This document shows, in pieces, positions 41,352 through 51,191 of a stretch of DNA of 64,000 bases. Each line of letters begins with the position of its first letter. Position 1 is the stretch's first letter. The stretch covers positions 4,656 to 68,655 of the forward strand of contig JBEQSW010000431.1 of NCBI GenBank assembly GCA_040348565.1, read 5' to 3'. The position numbers and the translations under genes were made by a program. The DNA comes from Myxococcales bacterium. Lineage in GTDB: Bacteria > Myxococcota_A > Polyangia > Polyangiales > Polyangiaceae. A model generated the notes under the pieces. The model saw nothing but the letters and a program-made list of their open reading frames with translations, was not told the DNA's origin and did not search any database.

Positions 41352-41551
41352 CGTGCGCCGAGCGCGCTGAGCCAGCATGAGATTGCCCACTGGGCGCCGG
41401 AAAGAAGCCGGCGCCCAGCCGGAGCGAGACATATACCGTGGGCGGCTCTGCGGCGCGCCGCACGTCCGAGTCGTGAGCGCCGAGTCCGGAACACCGGCAC
41501 AAGGTGGCACAAGGGACGCCCCGTAATATCGAGTTTCTCGCCATTTAGGGC

Positions 41552-41567
41552 GGGCACGTTGATTGCT
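41552..41567 (+). promoter_or_regulatory. sigma54 (-24/-12) promoter
   Basis: GGGCAC-GTTGA-TTGCT, 22 bp upstream of ATG 41589. Confidence 0.7.
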
Positions 41568-41588
41568 AAGCTTCGACCGAGGTTGAAC

Positions 41589-42131
41589 ATGTCGAAGCTC
41601 ATTCGAGGCGCACTGCTGGCCGCGCTCCTGTCCGCGCTCCCCCGCTGTGGTGGCACGGACGCCACCCCAGACGCCGGTGCAAGCGCGGGCCACAGCACGG
41701 GCGGCACGCAAGCTGGCGACGCCGGGTCCGCGGCAGGCGGCTCCAGCGGCGCGGGCGACCTTGCCCACGCCGGTAGCGCGAGCAGCGGCGAGGCCGGCAC
41801 TTCCCACGTCGGCGGCTCAGCCGGCACCAGCGCGGGAGGCTCAGCCGGCACCAGCGCGGGAGGCGCAGCGAGCGGCCTCGGCTGTGGCGCAACATGCGGT
41901 CCGAACGAATACTGCCGCGCCCCGTGCAGCGGCACCGGTTTCGGCTTCGGTGGCACGACGGGCCTGCCGATGACGCCGCCGCTGCCCGGTTGCGCTCCCC
42001 TGCCCGCCGCCTGCAACGGCACCCCAACCTGCGACTGCATCTGCGGCCCCGCGCTCGGCTACGCCACCTGGTGCAGCACCGGCTCCAAACCCATCACCTC
42101 CGGCCCCGCCGTCCAATGCGGGTGCGCCTGA
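41589..42131 (+). CDS. Gly/Cys-rich putative lipoprotein
   Basis: Signal peptide ending in Cys; GGSAGTSA repeats; 'CAPLPAACNGTPTCDCIC' myxobacterial motif. Confidence 0.7.
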   Translation: MSKLIRGALLAALLSALPRCGGTDATPDAGASAGHSTGGTQAGDAGSAAGGSSGAGDLAHAGSASSGEAGTSHVGGSAGTSAGGSAGTSAGGAASGLGCGATCGPNEYCRAPCSGTGFGFGGTTGLPMTPPLPGCAPLPAACNGTPTCDCICGPALGYATWCSTGSKPITSGPAVQCGCA

Positions 42132-42139
42132 GCGAGACT

Positions 42140-42194
42140 GGCTGCCAAGACGCAGCCAAGCTCGCAGAAGGCTGCCGTATCGGCAATCGGTACC
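42140..42194 (+). repeat. Head-only copy of the modular repeat
   Basis: GGCTGCCAAGACGCAGCCAAGCTCGCAGAAGGCTGCCG...CGGTACC, 8 nt after a stop codon. Confidence 0.88.
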
Positions 42195-42400
42195 TCTTCC
42201 TCCACTTGAACGGCGGTGACCGTCGCACCTCCAATAGCTAGGTGGTGAAGCAATTGGGACGAACGAGCGACCAAAGAAATCGGTGTTCGCGCGTTCGAGC
42301 CGCCGCCGTCCGGCACCTACTACGAGCGGCCGCCCCCACTGCCGAGTGCGCCGACCGGTGCTGCCGCTGCAACGGCTCGTTGGTGCAGCACTTCGGACGA

Positions 42401-42444
42401 CGGAGCGACCACGGCATGGGTGCGGAGCGACCACGGCATGGGTG
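42401..42444. repeat. Perfect 22-bp tandem duplication
   Basis: CGGAGCGACCACGGCATGGGTG x2. Confidence 0.9.
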
Positions 42445-42472
42445 CTCGCGCGTTCGAATTTGATGTTACCCG

Positions 42473-42631
42473 TGTAAGGAAATTTCCTGAGTGATTTCGT
42501 GGGCGGAATCGCTTCAGTGCCAGTACTCCAATCTGTAAGTAGTCGGCCGCGAGTTGCCGGAATCCTTACAGATTGGAGTATCGAGTTTTCTGTATGCGCG
42601 CGGACGAAATCATTGAGGAAATTTCCTTACA
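42473..42631. repeat. AT-rich nested inverted repeat (159 bp)
   Basis: Outer arms 42473-42500/42604-42631 (26/28 complementary, each containing the palindrome AGGAAATTTCCT); inner arms 42524-42539/42565-42580 (16/16). Confidence 0.9.
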
Positions 42632-42644
42632 GGTGTGACTCGGA

Positions 42645-42708
42645 TTTGCGTTGCGGAAGGGCCATCTCCGGTGACCGTGATTTTGCGTTGCGCAAGGGCC
42701 ATCTCCGG
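42645..42708. repeat. 27-bp direct repeat, 37-bp period
   Basis: TTTGCGTTGCG(G/C)AAGGGCCATCTCCGG x2. Confidence 0.85.
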
Positions 42709-42825
42709 AGTCGCTGCCCGAAGACGGCAGCGAGCGAAGCCACGTGTGGCGAGTGGAGCGGGAGTGAGCGGCGCGGGCGAGCGAGGGTGGGGCACGCGGT
42801 TCAAGTGGCGGGGGAGAAGAGAGGA

Positions 42826-43314
42826 TCAGCGGGCGATGAACAGCGACACGCCGGGGTGAAAGCCCCAGGGTTTGACGCGGCCGCCTTCGGGGTGGAAATG
42901 CCGCTCGATGCGCGCGACCACTTGTTTGCCCTCGACCTCGACCGTGATTTCGGTGCCGACGGGCTTGGCGTAGTGACGCTTCACGATGCTGGCGGCGAGC
43001 TGGAGCATGGCGGGCGAGGTCTCCGCCTTCTTCAAGCGACGCAGCCCCCGGTTCTCGAGCAGGTGCGGGGGCGAGATGCGCTCTACGGGAGTCGTCATCG
43101 CCGCGACAGGCGTCGGGATGGTCACGACGGGCGTCGGGATGGCAGCGACGGGCGTCGTGCTGGTTGCGACGGCGACGTCGTTGGTCGAGGCTGCCCTGAA
43201 GGCGTGGAGGTTCGTGTAGCTCGGGCGCGCTTCGGCGGTCTTGCTGTTGGCGGCACTGACGATGAGGGCGCCTAGCGCCAGGAAGACGCTCAGGACTCCC
43301 GTACCCGTGTTCAT
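42826..43314 (-). CDS. Secreted hypothetical protein
   Basis: Signal peptide, TPV repeats, C-terminal 'ARIERHFHPEGG..KPWGFHPGVSLF'. Confidence 0.65.
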   Translation of the reverse strand: MNTGTGVLSVFLALGALIVSAANSKTAEARPSYTNLHAFRAASTNDVAVATSTTPVAAIPTPVVTIPTPVAAMTTPVERISPPHLLENRGLRRLKKAETSPAMLQLAASIVKRHYAKPVGTEITVEVEGKQVVARIERHFHPEGGRVKPWGFHPGVSLFIAR

Positions 43315-43469
43315 GTCCGGGTGGGTTTGCAACCGACACGCCAGGCTGGGGTAGGCGGGGCCCGACTAGGTTTTTGGGCTCAAATCGAGGAATGAGCAGG
43401 AGCGCGGGGGCGCGCGCGGCGTCAGCGGCAACACAGGTTGTTTCTCGCCGGACACGCCCCGAACGGACG

Positions 43470-44141
43470 CTATTCGGCCGGAATGGAGGTGCGGGTCGCG
43501 CCAGCCTGGGCGGAGCCCCAGACCCTTTCGCAGCGCGCCTCGAAGGCTGACACGGCCGCTGGCAACCGCGACGCCAAGATGGGTGGCAGCATTTCGAACA
43601 CCTTGGCCACGATGTCCGGCGCGACACCGTGCGAGCTCCAAGCGAAGCCCTCGGCGTACATGCCGGCCATGGCTTCGTCGGGCGGAGCCGGGAATTCTTT
43701 GGCGCTGCGGATGTGCGGAATCAGCTCCGCTTCTTCGGTGGCCAAGTGTGGCGTGAGTAATTGAGTCAGCTCCGTGACGACGGCCAGCGCGTCCGCCGTG
43801 TCCGGTAGCTTGCCGAACGCGGCGTTGCCCCGTTCGAGCAGTGGATCGATCTTGCGGTGGTCGGCGGCCAGGCCATCGATGATGCTGGCTTGCTCGGGGT
43901 GTTGCTGGCGCATGCTCGGAAACATGCCGGTGTCCTCGACGTGGTGGTGCCCGTGTAGCGCTCCCTGGAACTTGGTCCATTCTTCGCGCAAAGCCGAAGC
44001 GCGCGCGGCGTTGCCGGCGAGACCTCGAAGCGCCTTGGCGAAGCGCCCCAAGTCGCGCCGAAAAGCGTGATGAGACATCATGAACATGGTCGCCATCGAC
44101 GCGCTGCCGTCGTCGTTCAACAAATTGGGGGGGCTCGGCAT
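43470..44141 (-). CDS. Hemerythrin-domain protein
   Basis: 'HHAFRRD', 'LHGHHHVED..MFP', 'DHRKI', 'HLATEE'. Confidence 0.88.
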   Translation of the reverse strand: MPSPPNLLNDDGSASMATMFMMSHHAFRRDLGRFAKALRGLAGNAARASALREEWTKFQGALHGHHHVEDTGMFPSMRQQHPEQASIIDGLAADHRKIDPLLERGNAAFGKLPDTADALAVVTELTQLLTPHLATEEAELIPHIRSAKEFPAPPDEAMAGMYAEGFAWSSHGVAPDIVAKVFEMLPPILASRLPAAVSAFEARCERVWGSAQAGATRTSIPAE

Positions 44142-44206
44142 GCTCTCCGCCTAGGGCGAGCTTCGCCGAGCGACAAGCCCGTTACTTTCGATCGTGCGTC
44201 GATGCG

Positions 44207-45391
44207 TCAGCGCATCAACCGCGACGGGTCCTCGAACAGGCGGCTCCAGACGCTGCCGTTCAGCTGGTTTTGCTCGAGCAACCACTGCCGAAAGCGTTTG
44301 TACAGGGCGCGATCGACCGGCGTCGGCGCCGTGAAAAACTCCGCCAGCGACCCCTGATGGGTCAGCCCGGGCAAGTCGTACACGGCGCGGCCCAGGCACT
44401 TGACGGGCGTGCCGTGCGTCAGCGACGACAAACCGACGGTGCTGTTGATGACGACGGTGCCGCGCGCGCCGCGCAAGGCCGCCGGCAGGTTGATGACGTC
44501 GGCGTACAAGAGCCGCTGGCCCAAGCGGTGCTTGGCGCGCAGCGCTTCAATCTCCGCGGAGTAGTCGCTGTACGGCCGATCCATGGGGTGCAGCTTCAGC
44601 AGCAGCACGTGGTCGGGCGGAGCGTGCTCGGCAAAGGTGTCCACGACCTCTCGGATGAACTCGCTCACGTTCGCGTAGCGCGAATGCTGGAGCTGCGAAT
44701 CTAGGTGCACCTGCAGCGGCACGAAGAAGTACGGTGGTAGCTCGTGCCGCTCGAGCTGCGCAGCCAGCTCGCGATCGCGCAAGGTGTGCAGCAAACGTCG
44801 CACCGTGCCGCGGAACCACAAGCGCGCTTGAGGCAACGGGCGAAGGTCACGGTGGTGCTGGTAGTGCGGGTAGCGCTGCCGTGAGAGCGCGGTCGCGCTG
44901 GCATAGCAAATGGTGTGCAGCGCCGACTTGATGAAGGCGTGCTTGACGGCCTGATGGCGCTCCTCTCGCGCCGGCTCGATCCCGGAAAAGTGGCTCGGAT
45001 CGCGCGGAATGGACGAGTGCCCGTTCACTCCACCGCGCTCGAAGGTGACGAAATCGGGCCGGAGGTAGCCTTCTTCGAACACGAATACTTCCACGCCCAG
45101 CCGGTCGGCCCGCGCGATGGCGGCGCGGTGCAACGGACGACAGTCACCGAACAAGACCACGCCGTCGATACCGCTTTCGCGCACCAGCTGCTCGAAGAAG
45201 GCCGGCCACTCTGCGAGCGGCCGCCTGAAGCTGACCACGCCCGCCCCGCGAAAGTACAAGTCCTCGCCGCCGTTGAAGTTGACCTTCGTCACCTGCGCGC
45301 CCGCCGCTCGCAGCTGCCCCGCAACCCGCGCAAAGAAGGGCCCCGCTGGCCCCTGCAACAGCAGCAAGCGCCGCCCCGTCAAGTCAGCCAC
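44207..45391 (-). CDS. kpsS: Capsule beta-Kdo transferase KpsS
   Basis: 'LLLQGPAGPFF', 'FEEGYLRP', 'PLQVHLDSQ', 'KLHPMD', 'INSTVGL'; GTG start. Confidence 0.92.
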   Translation of the reverse strand: MADLTGRRLLLLQGPAGPFFARVAGQLRAAGAQVTKVNFNGGEDLYFRGAGVVSFRRPLAEWPAFFEQLVRESGIDGVVLFGDCRPLHRAAIARADRLGVEVFVFEEGYLRPDFVTFERGGVNGHSSIPRDPSHFSGIEPAREERHQAVKHAFIKSALHTICYASATALSRQRYPHYQHHRDLRPLPQARLWFRGTVRRLLHTLRDRELAAQLERHELPPYFFVPLQVHLDSQLQHSRYANVSEFIREVVDTFAEHAPPDHVLLLKLHPMDRPYSDYSAEIEALRAKHRLGQRLLYADVINLPAALRGARGTVVINSTVGLSSLTHGTPVKCLGRAVYDLPGLTHQGSLAEFFTAPTPVDRALYKRFRQWLLEQNQLNGSVWSRLFEDPSRLMR

Positions 45392-47462
45392 GGCGTAGCT
45401 CCCGGCCGTGCCACCACTCGAGCCCCGAGCGCGCCAAGCTCGACAGCTTGATGGCGAGCCGCGGCAACTTGATGGACCGGCCACGCGCTCGGGCCGCTTG
45501 CTCCAGCTCCGCCACTTTGTCCTCGGCGCTGCAAAAGCAACGCGCGGACCAGCTGAAGTAGCGCGGGTAGCGCAACAGCGTGCCAGCCACCAGCTCGTCG
45601 AGCGACAACCGACGGGTGCGGCGCGGCAGCGGCACTTGGTCCTGGGTGAGGCCCCAACCTGCGTAAAAAGGCTGGCCATAAGCGACGACGTGGCGACCGC
45701 GCAGCAGCGCTTCGAAGCCGACCAGCGACGTCATGGTGTGCACCTCGTGGGCGGCGTCCAAACACGTCGCAATCGGCACTTGGCCGACCAGCATGTCCCA
45801 GGGCGGTGCCAGCACGCCGTGCAAGCTACCGCGGCGATTGCCGCTCATGACGTCGGGGTGCGGCTTGTAGAGGATGTATGCATCCGGGTTGGCGGCGCGG
45901 ACGGCTTGCAGCAAACGCAAGTTGTCGCCCACGCCCGGTGCGCCCAGCCGCACCGAAGCGTCGTCTGCCACTTGGCCTGGCACGAACAAGATGCGTTGGC
46001 CGGGGCGCGCCGCTGGCTCGAGCTGCGAAGCGCCTGGCAAGTTGTACTTGCTGATGCGGCTGTCGATGATGCGTTGTCGCAGCCGAGCGGCACGCGCCAG
46101 CTCTTGCTCCGAGAACTCGGCTGTCTGCAGCAGCTTTTCCAGGCGGCTGGGTTGGGCGGGATCGTAGTAGATGCCGTCCGGATCCAACACCAGCGACCCG
46201 GGCGCGGTGAGGTCGGAGCCCAACCCCGCCGAGCGCAAGAAGCCGTCCTCCATGTGCCACAGCGGAATCCCTTGGGCGTTGGCCCACGCGCTGAGCGCGG
46301 GAGTTTTGCGGCTGGCCCAAACGACCGCGGTCAACTGGTCGGCGCGCCCTTGGCTATCGACCTCACTCGTGGCGCGGACGAAGCGCACCTTCCGACCCGG
46401 CGCGCGCAGGTAGCGGCGCACGAACGGCCGCTTCCAGTAGCTCATGTCGAAGCACACGAAATTACGTCGATTTTCGGCGAAAGTCCGCCGCTGCAACGCG
46501 AGATGCTCCAGCACTTCTTCGGCCGCGCAGCCCTGCCCGCCGAGCGGATGCCGGTAACGCGGGTAGAGCAACAGCGCGCCGGCGGTGAGCTGATCGAGCG
46601 TCAAACGGCGCGAACGGCGCGGTGAAATTTGCCGGTCGTCGGTCAAACCCCAACCCGCGTAGAAGGCTTGGCCGAAGCACGTCACCTCCACGCCCGCCAA
46701 CAGCCCCTCGAACCCGAGCTGCGAGCTCACGACGTACAGATGCCGAGCGCGCGCCAACAGCGCTTGCGGGTTCACGTCAGCGCTCACGACCGTCACGCGT
46801 GAGGCGAGGCGTCGCCCCGCCAAGTAGCCGCGCTTCTTGCCGGCCACCGTCGCCGGATGCACCTTCACCAGCACGCGCGCGTGCGGATGCTCGTCCAGCG
46901 CGCTTTTCAGCATGCGCTCGAAGGTGTCGTCATCGGCCAGCGCTCCCGTCACCGAGGCGTCGTCGTAGGTCTGGTCGGCGACGACGACCAACTCTCGGGC
47001 GTCCGCAATCTCCGCCGGCAGCTCGTCCGGCGCGTGGTTGTATTTCGAGACGCCGCTTTCCACCAGGCGCTGACGAAAGCGCGCGGCCCGCTCGAGCAGC
47101 GCAGCGTCGTTCAGGCGCGCGTCGCTTTGCAGCAACTCTTCGAGCCCCGAAGGCGAGCGCGCGTCGTAGTAGATGCCGCGCGGATCGACGATCAGCGACA
47201 ACGGAGGCTCGCTCGAAGCGACCCCGACCGAGCGCAAAAAGCCGTCTTCCAGCGCTAAATAGGGCAAATCATGTTGGCGGGCGTATTCGCGGGCCCTGGC
47301 CGAGGTCGGCTTGTGGCCCCAGCCGGCCACGGCCTCCACGCGGCTGGCCCCGCGCGCGCTCGGCCGAAAGCGCAGCCGCTCGGCGCCCAAGAGTTGGGCA
47401 AGCCCGTTCAGCCGCCACAGGCCGGGCGAAAAGATGGCTACGCTACCCCAGCGCTCGCGCAT
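45384..47462 (-). CDS. kpsC: Capsule beta-Kdo polymerase KpsC
   Basis: Two tandem domains, each with 'EDGFLRS', 'GIYYD', 'SKYN', 'K.HP', 'FYAGWGLT.D'. Confidence 0.93.
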   Translation of the reverse strand: MRERWGSVAIFSPGLWRLNGLAQLLGAERLRFRPSARGASRVEAVAGWGHKPTSARAREYARQHDLPYLALEDGFLRSVGVASSEPPLSLIVDPRGIYYDARSPSGLEELLQSDARLNDAALLERAARFRQRLVESGVSKYNHAPDELPAEIADARELVVVADQTYDDASVTGALADDDTFERMLKSALDEHPHARVLVKVHPATVAGKKRGYLAGRRLASRVTVVSADVNPQALLARARHLYVVSSQLGFEGLLAGVEVTCFGQAFYAGWGLTDDRQISPRRSRRLTLDQLTAGALLLYPRYRHPLGGQGCAAEEVLEHLALQRRTFAENRRNFVCFDMSYWKRPFVRRYLRAPGRKVRFVRATSEVDSQGRADQLTAVVWASRKTPALSAWANAQGIPLWHMEDGFLRSAGLGSDLTAPGSLVLDPDGIYYDPAQPSRLEKLLQTAEFSEQELARAARLRQRIIDSRISKYNLPGASQLEPAARPGQRILFVPGQVADDASVRLGAPGVGDNLRLLQAVRAANPDAYILYKPHPDVMSGNRRGSLHGVLAPPWDMLVGQVPIATCLDAAHEVHTMTSLVGFEALLRGRHVVAYGQPFYAGWGLTQDQVPLPRRTRRLSLDELVAGTLLRYPRYFSWSARCFCSAEDKVAELEQAARARGRSIKLPRLAIKLSSLARSGLEWWHGRELRRG

Positions 47463-48253
47463 CACCCTTCGAAGAGCTTCTGCACTCTTGCCACGTCGTC
47501 GGCGGTGTCGACTCCGGGGGCGGGCCGTTCCGGCACCACCGCGACCTGGATCTTCATGCCCAGCCACAGCGCGCGCAGCTGCTCCAAGCTCTCGCCGAGC
47601 TCGAGCGCGGTGGGTCGGGTTTGGCTGAGCGCCAGCAGCGTCGACACCCGATAGGCATACAAACCAACGTGGCGGAGGAAAGTGTCGTCGGGCAGCGGGG
47701 TCGTGGCACTGCGCGCGGCGTCGGTGCCGAACTCTCCGCGCAGCCAAGGAATGGGCGCACGACTGAAGTACAGCGCGCGGCTCGCCTGATCGACGACCAC
47801 CTTCACCACGTTGGGATCGAACAGCTCTTGGCGGGTACGTAGCGGGGTGGCCAAGGTGGCCAGGCTGGCTTCGGCGTCGTGCCGCAGCGTCTCGGCGACG
47901 CGCTGCACCAGCTCCGGCGGCAGCGCCGGCTCGTCACCCTGCAGGTTGACGACAATCAGCTCCGGATCCAGCCGCAAACGCCGCGCGACCTCCGCCAACC
48001 GATCGGTGCCGGTCTCGTGCTCGGCGGAGGTGATCATGGCCTCCCCACCCGCCGCCGTCACCACGTCCACGATGCGCTGGTCGTCGGTCGCCACCATCGC
48101 GAACGCCGCGCCCGCCTTCGCCGCCAGCTCCATCACCCGCACGATCATCGGCTTGCCGCCGAGGTCGACCAACGGCTTGCCAGGCAAGCGCGTCGACGCA
48201 AAGCGCGCCGGAATGATCACGCCGAATTCTGGGGTTGCTTCGGACGTACTCAT
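47462..48253 (-). CDS. kdsB: CMP-Kdo synthetase (KdsB/KpsU)
   Basis: 'IPARFASTRLPGKPL', 'TGTDR', 'NLQGDEP', 'LYFSRAPIP', 'LEQLRAL', 'GVDT'. Confidence 0.95.
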   Translation of the reverse strand: MSTSEATPEFGVIIPARFASTRLPGKPLVDLGGKPMIVRVMELAAKAGAAFAMVATDDQRIVDVVTAAGGEAMITSAEHETGTDRLAEVARRLRLDPELIVVNLQGDEPALPPELVQRVAETLRHDAEASLATLATPLRTRQELFDPNVVKVVVDQASRALYFSRAPIPWLRGEFGTDAARSATTPLPDDTFLRHVGLYAYRVSTLLALSQTRPTALELGESLEQLRALWLGMKIQVAVVPERPAPGVDTADDVARVQKLFEG

Positions 48254-49977
48254 AGGATGGCAATCACCACGGCCGCCGAAACGGCAATTTGGTAGATGAC
48301 TTGCGTCACGTCTACCGCGTTTTGCAAGACTTTCGTGTCCACCTTCGGCGGCACCAAGATTTCGTCTCCGGGAAACACGGGCAGATCGGTGTCGCCGACC
48401 GCAACCTCGGCGTTGGCCCGGATCACGATCACGCGACCGCGATCCGAGCGATCGGTGTAGCCGCCGGAGTCGGTGATGTAGTCGGAGGCGATGGCGTTGG
48501 GGCGAAACATCACGGCTTGCGTCATCATCACCTCGCCGCCGACTCGCACCACGTTGGTGCGCGCGGGGATGACGATTACGTCGTCCGCCTCCAAGACCAC
48601 GTTGCGCTGCAGGTTGTCACGCGCCGTCACCACGCGCCCCAGCGGCTGGACCAGGCGGGCCCGCTCCACGAATTTTTGGGTCAGCTCGGCCTCGCGCACG
48701 CGAATGTTGGCTTCGCCCTGCGACGCCGACAACGCCAACAGCGCGCTTCGCTCCAGGCGGAACAGCGCGTCATCGATGGCGGTTTTTTGGGCTTTCGCGA
48801 CGGAGGCGCGCCGCACGTGCACCGCCCGCGGATTGGCCAGCGCCGGGTCGACCGAGACGTAGTTCAACACGTCGACCAACCGCGCGCCGCGCCGCACCGC
48901 CAACACCGAAGGGCCGTTGAACTCGCCCTCCAGGTGCACCAAAATCGTGCCCGCGCGCCCGTCACCTCGCAGCGTGATGGCGTCGCCGTCTTGCAACGTG
49001 AAGGTGCGGAAACCCACCACGCTCAGCGTTCGGCTGATGGGCACGCCGCTGCGAATGCCCTCGATCGTAACTTGGGTGGCGCGCGCGATGCCCGGCACCA
49101 CGCCGAGCGCTTCCGCCCCCGTGACCGGGCCTGGCTTGAACTCGAGCGTGGCCGGCAACGTGACGTCGCCGCGCATTTCGATCACGGTGCCGCGCGGGTT
49201 GACCAGCACGGTGTCGCCGTCTTTGAACTGGACCGACGGCAACGTGCCCTTCAACAAAAACTCGTACAGATCGATGCTGGCCAGCCTTTGGTCGCCGCGC
49301 AGCACGGTCAGGTTGCGGTAGCTGCCCAGCCGCGGATCGATGCCCCCCGCCTCTTCCAAGAAGAACAATACCGAGTCCGAAGGCACACCCGCGTAGCGAC
49401 CAGGCCGCTTCACGCCGCCGGTGACGAATACCGCCACCGGCTTGGCGCTGAGCAGGTTGGTATAAACCTCGAAGTTGCGGGCATAAACGCGGCTCAAGCC
49501 CGCCTTCACCTTGGCCGTCAGGTCCGCGTTCTTGGTTCCAGCGACCTGAATCGGCCCCACGTTGGGCAAGAACACGTTGCCCTGCGCGTCGACCAGCAAG
49601 ATCGTGCTGATCTCGAGCGCGCCCCAGGTATTCACCTGAATGCGGTCGCCCGGCATCACCAAATAATCGGCGTTCAAGCCGTCTTGGCGCGTGCGCAAAA
49701 AATTGCCCGTGAACAGGCGCGAGCCAAACGGCTCGGGAGCAGGGGAAGCGCCCGGCAACGGTCCGTTCACGGCGTTCGCCGGCGGGGGCGCGGGTTTGTC
49801 GTCGGGAAACAGGGCCTTGGGAATATCCTCGGAAACGCTGATGACAGGTGGCTTGGACGGGAGCGAAGTGGCGACGGGTGGCGTCATTTGGGCGAGCACG
49901 CGTCGAGGTGACGCCCAGCTCAACAGCACACCGACGACCACTGCCACCAGGAACAAGATTTTTGACAGACGAATCAT
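48250..49977 (-). CDS. kpsD: Polysaccharide export OPX protein KpsD
   Basis: Poly_export 'DYLVMPGDRI...VDAQGNVFLPNVGPI' and several SLBB domains; kps context. Confidence 0.88.
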   Translation of the reverse strand: MIRLSKILFLVAVVVGVLLSWASPRRVLAQMTPPVATSLPSKPPVISVSEDIPKALFPDDKPAPPPANAVNGPLPGASPAPEPFGSRLFTGNFLRTRQDGLNADYLVMPGDRIQVNTWGALEISTILLVDAQGNVFLPNVGPIQVAGTKNADLTAKVKAGLSRVYARNFEVYTNLLSAKPVAVFVTGGVKRPGRYAGVPSDSVLFFLEEAGGIDPRLGSYRNLTVLRGDQRLASIDLYEFLLKGTLPSVQFKDGDTVLVNPRGTVIEMRGDVTLPATLEFKPGPVTGAEALGVVPGIARATQVTIEGIRSGVPISRTLSVVGFRTFTLQDGDAITLRGDGRAGTILVHLEGEFNGPSVLAVRRGARLVDVLNYVSVDPALANPRAVHVRRASVAKAQKTAIDDALFRLERSALLALSASQGEANIRVREAELTQKFVERARLVQPLGRVVTARDNLQRNVVLEADDVIVIPARTNVVRVGGEVMMTQAVMFRPNAIASDYITDSGGYTDRSDRGRVIVIRANAEVAVGDTDLPVFPGDEILVPPKVDTKVLQNAVDVTQVIYQIAVSAAVVIAIL

Positions 49978-51191
49978 AGCCGTGCGTGCTCCCGAACAGC
50001 GGCACTGAGCAAGCTGACGACCCCCAACAGCAGAAAGCTCAAGAAGAACGCGGACACGACGCTACGCAGCCGTCGCGGGTAGGTAGAGGAATCTGGCTGC
50101 GACGGGCTGGCGATGGTCGCGAGGTAGCGGTGCTGGCGATCGGCATTGGAGCGCGCAAGCTCGAGCGAGGCCAGCGCCGATTCGTAGGCCTTCTGCGAAA
50201 ACTCCTTCTCGACCATGGCCGCTTCGAAATCGGCGAAAGCATTACTGATGCTGGCGCCCTTCGTCGGATCGACGAGACGCCGGCTCTCACCCGATACCTG
50301 GGCCGAAAGCGATTTTGCCCGCTCTTCGGCGGCGAGCACTTGCGGGGCGTCTGCCCTCATGAACGACTTCAATTGCATCAGCTCGGCCCGAGCCCTTGCT
50401 ACCTCTCCTTCGAGGTGGGTACGAACCTCCATCGCGCCGGCTGCCGACTGCAAGGGGTTGAAGTCCGCGTGCTTCTGCTGCAAGCCGACTATCTTCTCGC
50501 GGGCAACACGCAGACGCTCTTCTGCCTTCTTGACGTCGTTTTCGGCGTACTTCGTGCTGTCTCGTCGCTCTCGCTCGGACAGCTTGTTCACCATCTCCTC
50601 GCTGTAGGCGAGGATGCTGCGCGCGAGCTCGACGGCTTTTTCGGGGCTGAAGGCGCGGACCCGTAGGGTGATGGCTCCCGTCGATTGTTCGTAGTCGACC
50701 GAGATCTTGTGTCCGAAGTATTCGTAAGCGTCTTCGAAGCTAGCGCTGGCTTGCAAGCGCGAGAACCAGTCTTCGCGCGGATCCTTGTAGTGAGCGATGC
50801 AGCCGTGCTCCTTGTCGAGTCGGCTGAGCATGTCCCGTGACAAGACGTAGTCGCGCACTGCGAGTGCATCGTGGCTGCCGTTGCCACTCACCATGCCAGC
50901 CAGCAGCCCCTCGACCCCCAGGGTCGGCCTCATCTCCGAAGACTGAACCGTGAATACGGAGTGAGATTCGAACTGCTTGCTCGCGAACAGGCCGAAATAC
51001 AGCGCGGCGACGAGGGTAGGCAGGGCAACGAACAGCGCCAGGCGCAGGGCCAGACGCCGGGTGCGAGCGCGCCGTACCGCGCGAGCGTGGGCCTTGGTCG
51101 AGCCCAGCATCCGGTCCGAGCTCGCAAGCGGCGCTACCTCTCCCAAGCTCGGTCGAGCCTCGGGCAGCTTCTTCTCGGCGGGTGCGGACAT
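49974..51191 (-). CDS. kpsE: Capsule export PCP protein KpsE
   Basis: Two TM segments flanking a coiled coil; 'RDYVLSRDML', 'HRYLATIASPSQPD..YPRR'. Confidence 0.9.
   Translation of the reverse strand: MSAPAEKKLPEARPSLGEVAPLASSDRMLGSTKAHARAVRRARTRRLALRLALFVALPTLVAALYFGLFASKQFESHSVFTVQSSEMRPTLGVEGLLAGMVSGNGSHDALAVRDYVLSRDMLSRLDKEHGCIAHYKDPREDWFSRLQASASFEDAYEYFGHKISVDYEQSTGAITLRVRAFSPEKAVELARSILAYSEEMVNKLSERERRDSTKYAENDVKKAEERLRVAREKIVGLQQKHADFNPLQSAAGAMEVRTHLEGEVARARAELMQLKSFMRADAPQVLAAEERAKSLSAQVSGESRRLVDPTKGASISNAFADFEAAMVEKEFSQKAYESALASLELARSNADRQHRYLATIASPSQPDSSTYPRRLRSVVSAFFLSFLLLGVVSLLSAAVREHARL

Noticed and set aside
39759-41807. Long antisense ORFs (also 10381-11985, 34690-36036, 48289-49911)
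   Set aside because: Shadow frames opposite motif-bearing genes, as expected in high-GC DNA.
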